Shown here in pieces: positions 29,951 through 43,100 of a stretch of 64,000 nt of DNA (position 1 is its first letter; every line of letters starts with the position of its first letter). The DNA is from Adineta vaga (taxonomy: Eukaryota; Animalia; Rotifera). The notes beneath the pieces are model-generated. The model was not told the origin of the DNA. It saw only the letters and a list, made by a program, of their open reading frames with translations, and did no database searches. The translations under genes and the position numbers were made by a program. The stretch covers positions 9,114,001-9,178,000 of the forward strand of contig CP075495.1 in assembly GCA_021613535.1 (NCBI GenBank), in the 5' to 3' direction.

Positions 29951-32900
29951 TTACGATGATCCTGTCGCTCCATAGTTTATCAATTCCGTAAAGGCACGTT
30001 CGAATGCTTGATGTAATTCGGAATAACTAACGATAATAACATTTTGTTCATCTCGTGATGTTAAACAGATTTTATCATGTGAACCAGCATCAAACTATGT
30101 TTAGAAAAACAAATTTTATTTGAAAATAAATGATTTCTTAAGTTTACTTTGTCTAGACATTGAACAATATGAGCAATATCAAATGTCGGTTCTCCTTCGA
30201 AGCCGACTGAATGAAATACGAAATCACGAAATAATTTTAGAATATAACGATCACCTGTTTCAGACCAAGCTTGATTCATTGAATGTCTATACAGAGAGAA
30301 AAAGAAACAAGTTTTCTCTAAAATATAGAATTCTCTATTAAATTATGACGCTAGGGTTCTTCTCAGTTTCACTAATAATTAAGAAAATTTGCTTACTCTG
30401 GTCGTTCGAGTAGTGTATCGAGTTTACAAATTAAACGAAATAGACGACCACATTCAAGTTCCTAGAATTCAAATGAATTTTTCTTCATCCACGAACTGTT
30501 CATTCTCCTTACTTTAGCCATGTCATTTTCGAGATTATCACCGCGAACATGTAAATTATCAATCTGTGCATAAAATCGTGCACCAATCATTGGCATACAT
30601 TCATTGATATTTTTAGGTTTCAAAGTGTTCGATGGTAATAAGAAATGTCTATGAAAAGAATAAAATAAATCGAAACTTTTCATTATTGATTTTATTTTTC
30701 ATACAGTATAAGATTTTTTAGATCCTGAGAATAATTTCGTTGAACTATTTCTAAAGATGTTTGAAGGTGTTCTTTTTGTGCACCTACAATAGAATTGCAA
30801 GCTAACATTAATATTAAACGACCAAAGTCCTGTAAATCATTTTGCTAGGAAAAAAAGAAGAAAATTCTTCAATGAATTGAAATATTAAAAGTAAGCGAGT
30901 GATAGACATACCATATGTTGATGAACAGTTCCATTTATAATTCCATCGAGAATATCAGCAATACCAACACCACTGAGCCATATTCTAAAAACAAAGTAAA
31001 AAGAAATGCGACATAAAGTTTGAAATATCTCAAGACCAGGGGAAATATTATTCAACTTTGGAACTGAATTATCTACGCGACACATACCTTTAGATGTAAA
31101 GTATCGCTAACACTTCTATAATAATAATTTAAATTAATCACAAAAGACTTCACTAGATTTAAGTCATTCGACAGTATTCTATCGAATATACATTTCTTTG
31201 TAGATTAATTCATACCTCGATTTTCCGCGTCCTATTTTCATTTCACCATCCACAAGTATTCTTGATGATTGGAGACATCGACTCGCTAATGATAATCCAT
31301 GTAATGTTCGAATCAATGAAGATATTTGTACAACATATTCCCAAATAAGTGCTTCAGCTAATAAACCTGTTTGACTGGTTCCTAAAGCCGAACCAATTTA
31401 TAATATTATCGAAAATCAAACTGCTTTGTCTATACCTTTGCCAGCACTAAACGGTCGATCTTCACCTGATATATTATATGGATTTGCCCAACCTTTCAAT
31501 AAACTACTATTCATATGGAAATGACGTTTTTGTAATGTTTCACAACATGGTATATAATCGTAGACAAAGACGATAGCTAGAAATATTCAAAAACAAATTT
31601 ATTATCATGAATAAAATAAAATCAATACAAGGTTGTTCGTCATCAAAATCTTTTGTTAGAAAAACTTCACGTAATTGTACAATATTTGTATGTATGATTT
31701 TTTTCCATGCTTCCACTACTTCATAAAGACGTGTAGTTGGTAATTTACATCCTATATGGAAACATATAACAACAATATCAAATCATATTTGATTTTTCTC
31801 TTTGATCTCATACCCATCATTCTTTTCAAGTAACACACAGCATTTGTTCGTATATGTGTTGCTTTGTAACTCATTGTTTGATAATGAAATGTACGCGATT
31901 TATGTGGAACATTTGTTTGATTACTATCAAGTGGTACTAAATTGTAATATTCACCAACTCGTTCAGGCATAGCTAAAATAATAGTTTTTTTTAACAATTC
32001 CGTTGTTTAATATCATCTCACCTCCTGCTACATTTAGATTTGCACATCCAGTTAACATCTGATTACGTTTGAGCAAATCATTTCTAAACATACAAAGCTG
32101 AATTGTTTTTTCTTCAATCAAGAAAATCACCTTAATTCATCGCTCATGAAATATCCAGAATCAGATCGTGTCTGTCGAATAGATGGCATATCAGATGATA
32201 TTGTCCGTTCTTTGTCATCATGATTTATACCAGCAGTCAACAGATCATCATCCGTCAGTTGTTGCATCTGTATATTTACATATAAAGAAAGTTTGTTTAT
32301 ATACACATGAGGAAAAAGAAACAATATGCAAAGAAGAAGACTACACAATTAAAATAAATAATATAAAATTACACTGAACGATGCTGCTTGTGAATAAGGA
32401 TAAAAATCAAGATTATTTTCCGGTGATATACGAGCAGTGTTGTCTGAAGCAGCAGCATCGACTAAATGAAAAAGTAATACAAATCAGAATCATGCAGAAA
32501 ATAATCAATACAAGATGAACATGCGAAAAGCATTCTCGTTTTTTTTTTCTCTGTTATTCATTCATACTTGTCATTTGTAAATTTTTGCGTACTGAAAGAT
32601 GCATAAGCAAGGCAGTACATATTTACGTAGTTATATATGAATGTATTAATTTTACCTTGATTGGAAACAGGACCAAAACTACTAAATGGTCCGCCGACAC
32701 CAAGATAAGCCAAACGAGAACCACCCATCATATTGTTGACCTAAAATAAGATAATTTCAACACTTCATTAGAATATTTTAAGACTATATATAAATCAATT
32801 CACTCTACTCTTAGATATGATCTTTCGTTAAGATGTTAGAAGAAAATGCTCACATGTGGAAATTTGTTTTGTACTGAATGTGTATGTAAATCAGATAAAT

Positions 32901-33134
32901 AGGTATTGGTATTATTTAATGTACCATCTCGTGTCATTAGCGATGGCTGAGAATAACTCGGATTGTTGTAATATAGTGGTGGATTTCGTGGTGGTGTCAT
33001 AAATGTTCTTCCCTAAAACAAAATTGAATCATGACGAAAAATTCCAATACATTAATTTTTTGAATTTTTCTCTTTACTTGTTGAAATTGTGAAACTCCAT
33101 ACATATCTCCATCTAATGGACCGTTTGAGATCAT
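29951..33134 (-). CDS. PAN3: PAN2-PAN3 deadenylase subunit PAN3 (pseudokinase + knob domain)
   Basis: YFMSDELR, SIVFVYDY, EALIWEYVVQISSLIRTLH, DLQDFGRLILMLAC, MPMIGARFY, ELECGRLFRLICKL, WSETGDRYILKLFRDFVFH, LTSRDEQNVIIVSY. Confidence 0.95.
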
Positions 33135-34074
33135 ATTTTACTAGATTACCAAATAGAAGAAGAATATTCTACTTTCTTTTACATCAATTCTAGACTTACA
33201 TATCTAGAAATGAAACCTATCGTTTGTACATTCGTCACCGGCGATAAAGAAAAAGTATGTACTGATCTATTTTATTTCTCTCTTTTAAGGTCGTCGAACG
33301 ATCATATCTAAAGTATTGAGAAAGAATCAGATATTTCAATTCTACATTTAAGATTTATTTTATTTCCCTGTTTGTTAAATGATTTAAATGCACGCGTAAA
33401 TAGATGAAAAAAAAAGGAAACTTCACTCATTGAACTATCGTATAAGAGAAGAAAATGAATTATTTTTTCTTTGCTACATATTCATTCTCTACTACAGACA
33501 AACGAAGAATAAGATTCGAATAACAAACACACACTAAGAGACAATGAAAAAGAAAAAGAAAAACAGAAAGAAAGAACACCGTGAACTGATATATCTGAAG
33601 CATGCTGTTAGATGACGTATTACAGAACAAGAGAAATAGACCAGATAAACCCATAAGATCATATAAATTATAATATAATATGAATAGTGACATAGATGAA
33701 TAGAAAGGAAAATCAAACAACTGTTTGATACACAACACAACATTGATTATTGAATATTTTGTTTTGTTTTGTTCATTGTGGTTATTGATAAATATGTAAC
33801 AATGACAATATTTACCAAAGTGGACCATTGGATCGACCACCAGGCGGATGAAATACACGAACACTTGTATGCGTATTCTTTGAAAAATAAAAATAAAAAA
33901 GATTATTTGTTTTTCAAAAGTAATTAACTGACTCAATGATCTACAATGAGATTGGAAACTGTTCTCAGGACACAAAGTTATCTACATAATTCTTTCAGAC
34001 GGGTAAACGGTGTAGAAATCATCATCGAACAGTCAAACATATGAATTAAAAAAGACATTAAAGAAATTTATTGT

Positions 34075-35777
34075 TTATTTATTGATCTGAAGAAAACACC
34101 TGGTGCTTGTCTATAGAAGCAAAAAGAAATGGTAATTTCTATTCAACTTACTTTTCCATTGCTATGTCCATTAGTACCATTAGCGTGCCCATTTGTTGGC
34201 TTATCAACTGATGCCTGTGTATTCCCATTTTCTATCGTTTCTACAGACTCTTGAATATGTCCATTATTAGTTGAATTTTTATCTGATTCTTCTTTATGAC
34301 CATTTTCTTCTTCGTCTGCCTGTTTTAATGTTTTCACTGTATCATCTGACTCTTTTTCATTATCTTGAATCTCCAATTGTTCAAGTTTGGAATTCAAACC
34401 ATCTTTAGTTGAATAAGATTCACCATTAATTGGATTGTAACCCACTATAAAGAAAAATAAGCATCAATAATTGAGATCAAATATCAAATCATATAGAAAG
34501 CACATTCCAAAGCAAAAGAAAATTATATATTGAAGCATTAGATAATTAAATTTTTTTTGGACAAAGTTCAGAATCGAATTACACGGATAAAATTTTCTAA
34601 CTGAAATGGTCATTAATATAATTAGATTCTCTCGGAAAAAAGAAACAGTAAGCGACAGATGGACAACAATACAACGAAGCAATATGCATTTACACGAATA
34701 TGACTGAAGCTTGATAAATGGTAAACATCTAAATAAAGTCATCATGCATTATATTCTGAGTATGAATTGTTGTTCTTTATTTATACACATCGAATTATTC
34801 ATTATTTAGTAAGTGATACACACTGCTCTATGTGTATAATATAATCACACACAAAAAAAAGTCAAAATAACCTATGTATCGCACTGTTTCTTTTTTTTAC
34901 TATTTTTCAAAACATTAAACATACTATATGGGAGAGAAGGAGAGAGGAAATCTTTTTATATAGAATGGTTTTAGTTGGACATGGAACAAAACACGAAAAA
35001 CTAGTAGACTCACTGCGTGATGCATTTGGATCTAAATAAAATGTATAGAATGAACACAAAATGATATGCAGAATAAAACTCAATGCATATGATTGATTGA
35101 TGTATATATATATGCTACCTTTTAATCTCAATGGTGAATAAATACTTATGGCAATAGATGGTCGATAATTATCATGTTTAGTTGTTTGTGGAAACCTACC
35201 TCGTAAACCTTGACGTGAACCTGGTTGACGTTTTGTTTGATTATCATCATCTGCATTACCGAATATATTTGATTTAAATTTTTCTGAAACAGCACGTGCT
35301 GGAACAGCTTGAGCAGGTTCATTAGCACCGAAAATATTTGATCGTTGACGGTCAGGTTTAGTTGACGGTTGTTGAGGTGGTGCTTCATCGAATATCGTCG
35401 ATTTATTTTTGTTTGAATAGACATTCGATTTTTGAACTGTTGGTTCACGTTCGTTTCCGAAAATATTATTGGTCATATTGTGTGTTTGTCTAAAATATTT
35501 AATATAAGAAAAACGAACAAATTCAATAATGTGTTCATTTACTTCACAGGTACAGAATCCGTATTATCTCTTTTACAACCAAATATATCTGATTCCATGT
35601 GATTTTTCTTTGCTAACACAGGTGGTTCGGGTTCAGGAACACCGAATATGTTTGTACTACGGCCACCTGGTGGTGCAAAAACACTAGAAAAGCAAATTTA
35701 TTCATAGAGATAATATGAAATAAGAGAAAAAGATTTCTTTACCGAATTGATGGATTATCTTTGGAAAAATTCGACAT
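34075..35777 (-). CDS. Jupiter: Jupiter/HN1-family microtubule-associated protein
   Basis: SIRVFAPPGGRSTNIFG, NHMESDIFG, repeated SNIFG motifs and GYNPINGE. The last exon is uncertain. Confidence 0.8.
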
Positions 35778-36316
35778 TTTCAAGAAAGATATCTGAATAA
35801 ATGATCTAAAAGAAAGGCTTTTTATTTGTTTAATTCTCTCGAGATATTTTTTAATTATTTGTTTTTATCGCATAGCTAATCAAGATAGAAAACGATATAT
35901 ATTTCATTAATAATTATTGAAAAGTTCAAAAGAAGATAACGAACTGATCATTGACTATATCATAAGAAGAAAAGGAAGAAGAAGAAGAAAATAACAACAC
36001 ATGAATAAAATTATTTTCTAGCCATAGGAGAGTTGATTGAACCTTCTTAATTAGTATATCTAACTATCATTTGACTAGTATGAAGAAAACAAGAGAATGA
36101 TTATTAACGGGAAATAAATCTTTTCAAATGATTTTTTGTTTTCTCAATATAATAAACTTTCATTTCTAAAACAATTGAGACAGGATTAGTACGAGAAATA
36201 GATGTCGCACTCTAATAGGATGAATTGAACGTTTGGTCATTAAGAATACGTGCAACAGATGTTCAGTACAACACATCGGTCAATAGAACGTCTCAATAGG
36301 GACAGTAGGTCATGTC

Positions 36317-36340
36317 GAATGAATGAATGAATGAATGAAT
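36317..36340. repeat. (GAAT)6 microsatellite, intergenic
   Basis: gaatgaatgaatgaatgaatgaat read directly. Confidence 0.8.
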
Positions 36341-37193
36341 AAATGAGAAAAAATTTCTCTCATTCTGTCTGAGCCGATATAGACAATTGATGGTTAACCT
36401 GCATCTACGTGAAAAACATTTATTTATTGACCAACTCTCTTTGATTGCCCAGTCTATAATTGACCTTTTCCAATAGTATGGTAATGTTTTACAATGGTTT
36501 ATAATAAGAAACAGTCAAATTACCGTACAATACTTTGATCCATCGTGATTGTTCAAGACGCGAGAATATTTGTAATGGTTCATTATTCAGATAGAAAGAA
36601 AAGTCTACAATTAAATGGGTGTGAAAGTATTTTTCTGTGAAGTGAATATAATTTTATTAGTACAAAGGTCATCATTCTGTTTAATTAGGAAGAAAATTGA
36701 CAAAAATTTTCTTCAATCTTCGCATTTATACTTCATGTCGACAAGTATAGTGTTGAATATCTTCAAACAGAAAAAGAAAGAGGTAATAAAGATTTCCTAC
36801 TCGGGTCATTGGATCGTTAATAGACAAAAGTGAATTGAACTCTCTTATTTCAATGAATATACATGTGATAAGAGAGAAAGAAAGTGAGGCATATGCCACA
36901 GATATTAAAGACCGCAATTCATATTCGCGGGAGAGAAACATCAAAGATACTATTTCGGTCATCAATTTTAAGTCAGTTAAAGGTTATAACGTAAATATTT
37001 TTATTCTTTAAGAAAAAAATAAAGCTTATCAAAGAGAATATAAGAATCACTCGAGATTGATATTGATACTTTTATACATGAATATATAATAGAGACTGTT
37101 TAAGGTATAACATTAAAATGAGAATAAGAATAAGAATGATTGAAGAAAAATGCACATACGAACAACATTTAGAAATCTTTCAAATTTTATCAA

Positions 37194-40100
37194 TTATTTT
37201 TTCGTCTTTTTTTTCGATTTGTCAGTTGACTTTTTGTCTCCCTCTAATGGATTGTAACCACTTGGATTGAACGTAAATGTATCATCACGTTTTGTATCCA
37301 TATAGATCTAATTAACATACAGAATAAATAAAATGTCATCAATGAAACAACGAATTTTGTTTTTGCTTACCTTATTCAAAGCAACTATTAATTCATCCAT
37401 TTTATCAGGAAATGAAGTGACTGGATCATGATAATGAACTCGACTACCATCATATGGATTCAAATGTAAACGATCCATTTCTTGTGTTTTACCCACACCT
37501 AAACACACGGTAACAAAGAATAAAAAAATTCAAATAAAATTCCATATTTTCATTACCTGTCCATTTCTTGACTTGATTAAAAATAAAACCGACAATTTCA
37601 TGTTCATTATTTTGTAATGTAATATTATTACGAACCAATCGAAATGCATCCGAAATAATTGAGATAAACTAAAAATCATAGATATAAAATTTCATTTCCT
37701 TTTGCATAGTATTCCTATTGATACATACCATACTCATACAGATGAAGACGACAAAGATGACGAATAATGTAAAACAGAATGGTCCAAGAAAAATATCCGC
37801 TGCATAAAGATCTGATACATCAAATTTCAATAACATCATTTCAAATAACATCTGTGCTGCTTTAATTGGATCGGAACAAGCCCATATTTTCGAATGAAAT
37901 AATAAGAAGAATAGTGCCAAATAACCCAAATAAAGAATAGAAAACATAACCGTAAATGAAAGTAAATCTTTAAATGCATATGATAATGTTGATGATAACA
38001 TTGATATACGTTGATTAAATCTTAATAAACGAAGAAATTTAACTGTACCAAAGAAACAACAGAAACCCAATAAGAATGTTAATGAATCATTAACATAAGT
38101 TGCCAATTGTAAATTAACATATGCATAACCTTTTGTTGTTCGAAATAGTTCACCGACACGATTAGCTTCACGAATACGCCAAACATAAACACCTAGACCT
38201 GCCCATGAACATGCAATAATACCGATTTCTATATATGACCAAAAATCACGAAAATATGCCATACGACGTGTAAACATTGCACGAATTTCACGTTGCATAT
38301 AATAGATGATAAATATCATATAAACAATTGAACAGAGTAGTTTAAATAAACCAAAACCTAGAAGTAGAATAGAAATGGAAATTCATACTGTTTTTCTGTG
38401 TTTCAAAACTGATATATACCTTGAAAATCATTTAATAATGTTACTGGTTCGATACGCGCTGTTGGATAAATACCGCCAGTTGGTAGAAATTCGGCAAGAA
38501 TAGTAACAAGTATAAATAAATTAACATTTGGATTGTAGAGACTCATTTGTATCATTACTCCTCGTGTTTGCATATCGATCCACGACAATTGTTTCAATGT
38601 TGATATATTTCCTATCATTTCACTCATTTTTCCACGAAATTCATAGACATAACCACCTGCACCATACGTTGCATGTTCACCGACATAAGTATACGTATCC
38701 AAAGAATCACTTTTATTGTACATGAATGCTTTACTGATTGCTGATGAGTAATTACTCATTGAACCGACAGTGGAATTATATATTGATGACCAACCTGGAT
38801 AATATGAACGTTGATCTTCATTGAACATTGAATATCCTGCTTCACAAGATTTGATAATATTTTTGAATGATTTTAGAATTTTACATGAATCTAGAAACGA
38901 TTTAAATGTATGAATTCAAATAAGAGATGAAAAGATATACCAGGCATGACACGCAATTGACGCATTGTCGCCCATCCAAGTATACGATTGGATTTATCTC
39001 CGATAAAACCTAAAGAGAAATATATAAGAATACGTAAAATACAATGCTAGTAATGATTCATTTACCAGCCAAATTAGAAGGTGGATCACTATTATACCAA
39101 TTTCCAGCTCGAATTCGTGGTAAAAAGCCATCGTTTACCCAGTCCCAATATTGATCCAAACGATAAATCTAAGAAACATGAAATTTTTACGTTAATCTTA
39201 ATTATCTGTCAAGTGAGCGAATGATATGCTCTCAATATATTCTGAGATATACAGGTACACTGTATATGCATCAAACGTGCGTCTATCGAACAGAAAACTT
39301 CTCTCTGAGTTATGTTTGTTAATAATATTTACTTTAGTATAATCATTGGTTTTACTATTTAAATCAAGTAAATCTTCTCGTAAATGTTGCATAAGAAAGA
39401 ATGCATTTGGATCTCGGTTCGAATAACTGACCAAATAAAGTATCCACAAAAATGATGAATATGCAATTAATTCTCTAACAATTTCCCACATTCGAATTTC
39501 TTTTAAGCGTTTGTCACGTGCAAATATTAATTCACCGTCTGTCAACGGTATATGTCCTGATTTAGATCGGAATGTTAATAAAGATCCATCATCGAATGCA
39601 TGTAAATATTCTTCATCACCATCAAGAAATAGATCGTCTTCATCAGTATCAATTGTAATATCTTCATCACGTCGAATGATCAATGCAAAAAATATTGCCA
39701 TAAAGACAACCTAATAGAATAGATATTAGTTTGTCATTTCAAACATAGAAATCTTATTTACTTTGACTGGTTGAGTTATGAGTATCGATGAAAAAAATCC
39801 AGTGACCGATGATGTAAGCCATTTACGTGTTTTTTCATCTCCAAATTCAACACCACGTGCCCAGATGAAAAATCCACAAATAAAAACAACAAAAACTGAG
39901 AAGGCATAAGCAATAAAGATAAACCACCATGGTAAAGTTAATGGTTTCTTCTTTTTCTTTAACATAGGTTCACCTCGAGGTACATTTGATGTCATTTGTT
40001 TATTTGGCAATGGTGACATTAACGTTCTTCTCATGTTATCAAGTTCATTTCTCGATAGAACTGGATCTGAATTAATAATGTAACTAAACAGACAAGGAAA

Positions 40101-43100
40101 GAAATGGTCATCTGACTTATTCGATATAAATAAATATCATACCTGGTTAGTTGTGGATGAATATCATTAAGTGCAGCTTGTTGTTGTTTTTGTTGCTGTT
40201 GTTCTTGCATTCGACGAAGTGCTTCACGTACAGGTGGTGTAGGACGACGACGAGGTCGTAAACGACGAAACATTTCAACAAGAATGGTACTTGGTAAGAA
40301 ACAAATTAATTCAACGATGATACCGATAGCAATCTAAATTAGTTTGAAAGAAAAATAAAGTTTTCACTAATAATTCTTCATTATATAGAAAAATAAAGAC
40401 CTGTTCTGGTGTGATATATAATGGTCCCATAGAGATTCCACCAGTTGTTTTAGTATTTGCATCTGCTTTTTGATCATAATACATTATATTCATCAACCTG
40501 AATACAAGAACAAATAGTAAATAGAATTCCATAGATTGTTTTCATTAAAATCGTTTTATTTAGATAAAGACATGTTTCAATCATGTACTTACATTGACAT
40601 GAGAAGTAATACGAAACAGCATGTACAACGTTGAGTACGTGTAAAACGAACTGATGGTGGACGTGAGAAAACTGAAAACCAAAGGTGACCATCGGACATT
40701 GAATGATATGTCTTTTTCGATAATAAATATGCGAATTCAGTTTTTTGTTCTTCACCTGCAACTGGAATCAATCGATCAATCTATATATATATATGCATAT
40801 AATTCTTCTATTAATTCTTTGTTCTCTCTTGATCTTACGACGCCTTCATCTTTTTCAACAGCCAGCCATTGTTGACAAATAAAATGATTTTTTTCCATGG
40901 TTTGTAAATTTCTCACGATAATATATTTCAGAAACCATGATGCTTTATTTCCTGAACCTGAATTATCATGCCAAACACGCATATAATTGAGTCGACCAAG
41001 TGATCTAGAAGGAAAACAAACACAAAATTAAAAATTAGAGAAAGTCAACAAGAATTTCAATTTTACTTTGGTACTGCCATAATAAATGAATCGATACCAC
41101 CACGTTGAAGAATTTTTCGTTCTGGATCGTCAAATGTCCGTACACCTGTTTCTTCATCATCACCAGATACAATAAAATGAACCTTAAGAGAAAAACAAAC
41201 AATAACAAGATGTATATATTGCTCTTCAATGCATAATAATCTAAATTTATTTACTTTTGAACTTGTTCCCGAATCTTTTCGTAGACCAGTAAAGACAATA
41301 ATTTGATAATAATATTTATCATTGAGAATATTATCGGGCAGTGGAGTAACACCAAGCTAGATAGTATGAAAAGGTACATTAAATTACAATTTATTATCTA
41401 TCTTACTTTTTCCACATCTTTTTTATCTTTACGTCGAGCATAGATCATAATTATTGTAAAGGCAACAGCAAGAAGTATTAATGTCATATAAATAGTAATA
41501 TTCTTCGTAAAATCAGCATTTGCAAAGACATAATTCCAGTTGATAGGTGCAGGTAAAACTACCCAACCACCGGCGAATGTTGTTAAATGATTTGTAAAAC
41601 ATTGAGTTTGAGTATGTGAAGTTTTTGAACCGACCTATATACAGTAAACAATATGCATATGATTTCAATTCTTCAAACGTAAAGTATAGAATCGCCTTAC
41701 GGTAACACCATCTCCTCTCCATTTAGAATTTGCATCAAGATAATAACATCCAGATGTATAAACACGAATGTAGTAATTTTCTGTAAAATTTACTGAATTA
41801 TCTGTTACTGGAACAGTTGAATTACCAAAACTTGCATTATTTGGACAATATTGAGTAAATTCTGTCGGATTTAATTCACGAATACCAAACATGACCGATG
41901 TACGATTAGCTGTTTGAACATTGTTAAGAAAATATGTATATAAATAACCATCACTATCTGTATAGATTTTATCTAAAAAGGAGATGAGACAAAGTATTAA
42001 TTATGGACTTGAGAAGAATGAATATTTACCATTTGGACAGAATACTCGATGGCCATCTGTTTTATTGATGGAATTATTGAGTAGTGGAATACCATCGAAA
42101 CGATAGATAACGACGAAACCAAGTGCTGGATTATCTGATTTGAATTCGAATGTTGTCGATAATGTAATACTTGCTGATGGACCTGTTACATTAACATAGA
42201 ATAATGAAAATTGTCGGTTATTATTTCCTGTAGATGATGATATTGATCCTGTAACATTTTGTAATGCCATAGCTGGTAAGACAATGCTTGTATCACGTGG
42301 AATAATGATTTCAACTGGATCAAGAAGATTTTCAACTGATTTTCTTGTTCCCGAACCATCGATGAAATCTAATGTTACACTACGAGATACATTAATATTT
42401 GCTTCTGAACGTCCATTTGTGCCTGCGGTAGCTAAAGGTGTTACGATGGACTAAAACAAATTTTAATAATAGTAATCATAAAATAAGAATACGAATCAAA
42501 ATCAAGTTATACTTACATTGAGTATCATTGGATCTGAAGTAGAACATGATTGATTTTTATATAAGAAATCGCAGAAAGACATTGAAGGTAGAATCATTTG
42601 AGCTCCGGCAGCTTGTGATATAATGCTGGAACTTAAATTGCCTATAGTTTGTTTCGAAGTAATCATTGAAATAGCATCTGTACTTATAACATTTGTTTGT
42701 CCTATATTCAAATGTTGATTGAGAACTTGAACAACGGATGATAAGGCTTCATCAATTTGTCTTAGAACTTCATTTGAACCCTGTTGTTGATAATAAGTAT
42801 TTCGATTTTTTTGTATAGTTTCCATTGAAAAATCACTACCGTCAGCAAATAAATTTGGATTTGACCAGGCTGATTCAATATCTCCATCATAATCAGCGGG
42901 TAATGTATTTGCTCGATCATAATCCAAATTCAGAACAGTTCCACGACCTAACATTGGTGTATTAATAGACACAAGAATTTTACTTGCAACATCAGCAATC
43001 GAAGTTACTGCCATTTGAACATCTTCATATGAAACTGTATCAGCCATATCACTTAATGCATTGACTAATGCACTACATTTCGTTGCAGCAATTGTCTATT

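Noticed and set aside
33460-33975. 171-aa hydrophobic ORF on the minus strand
   Set aside because: F/I/L/C-rich translation of the T-rich 3' region of the Jupiter gene; no coding signature.
34075-34110. Possible further frameshift in the last Jupiter exon (TSTRVFSSDQ* instead of TSTRCFLQINK*)
   Set aside because: Both readings are short and plausible; there is no decisive motif.
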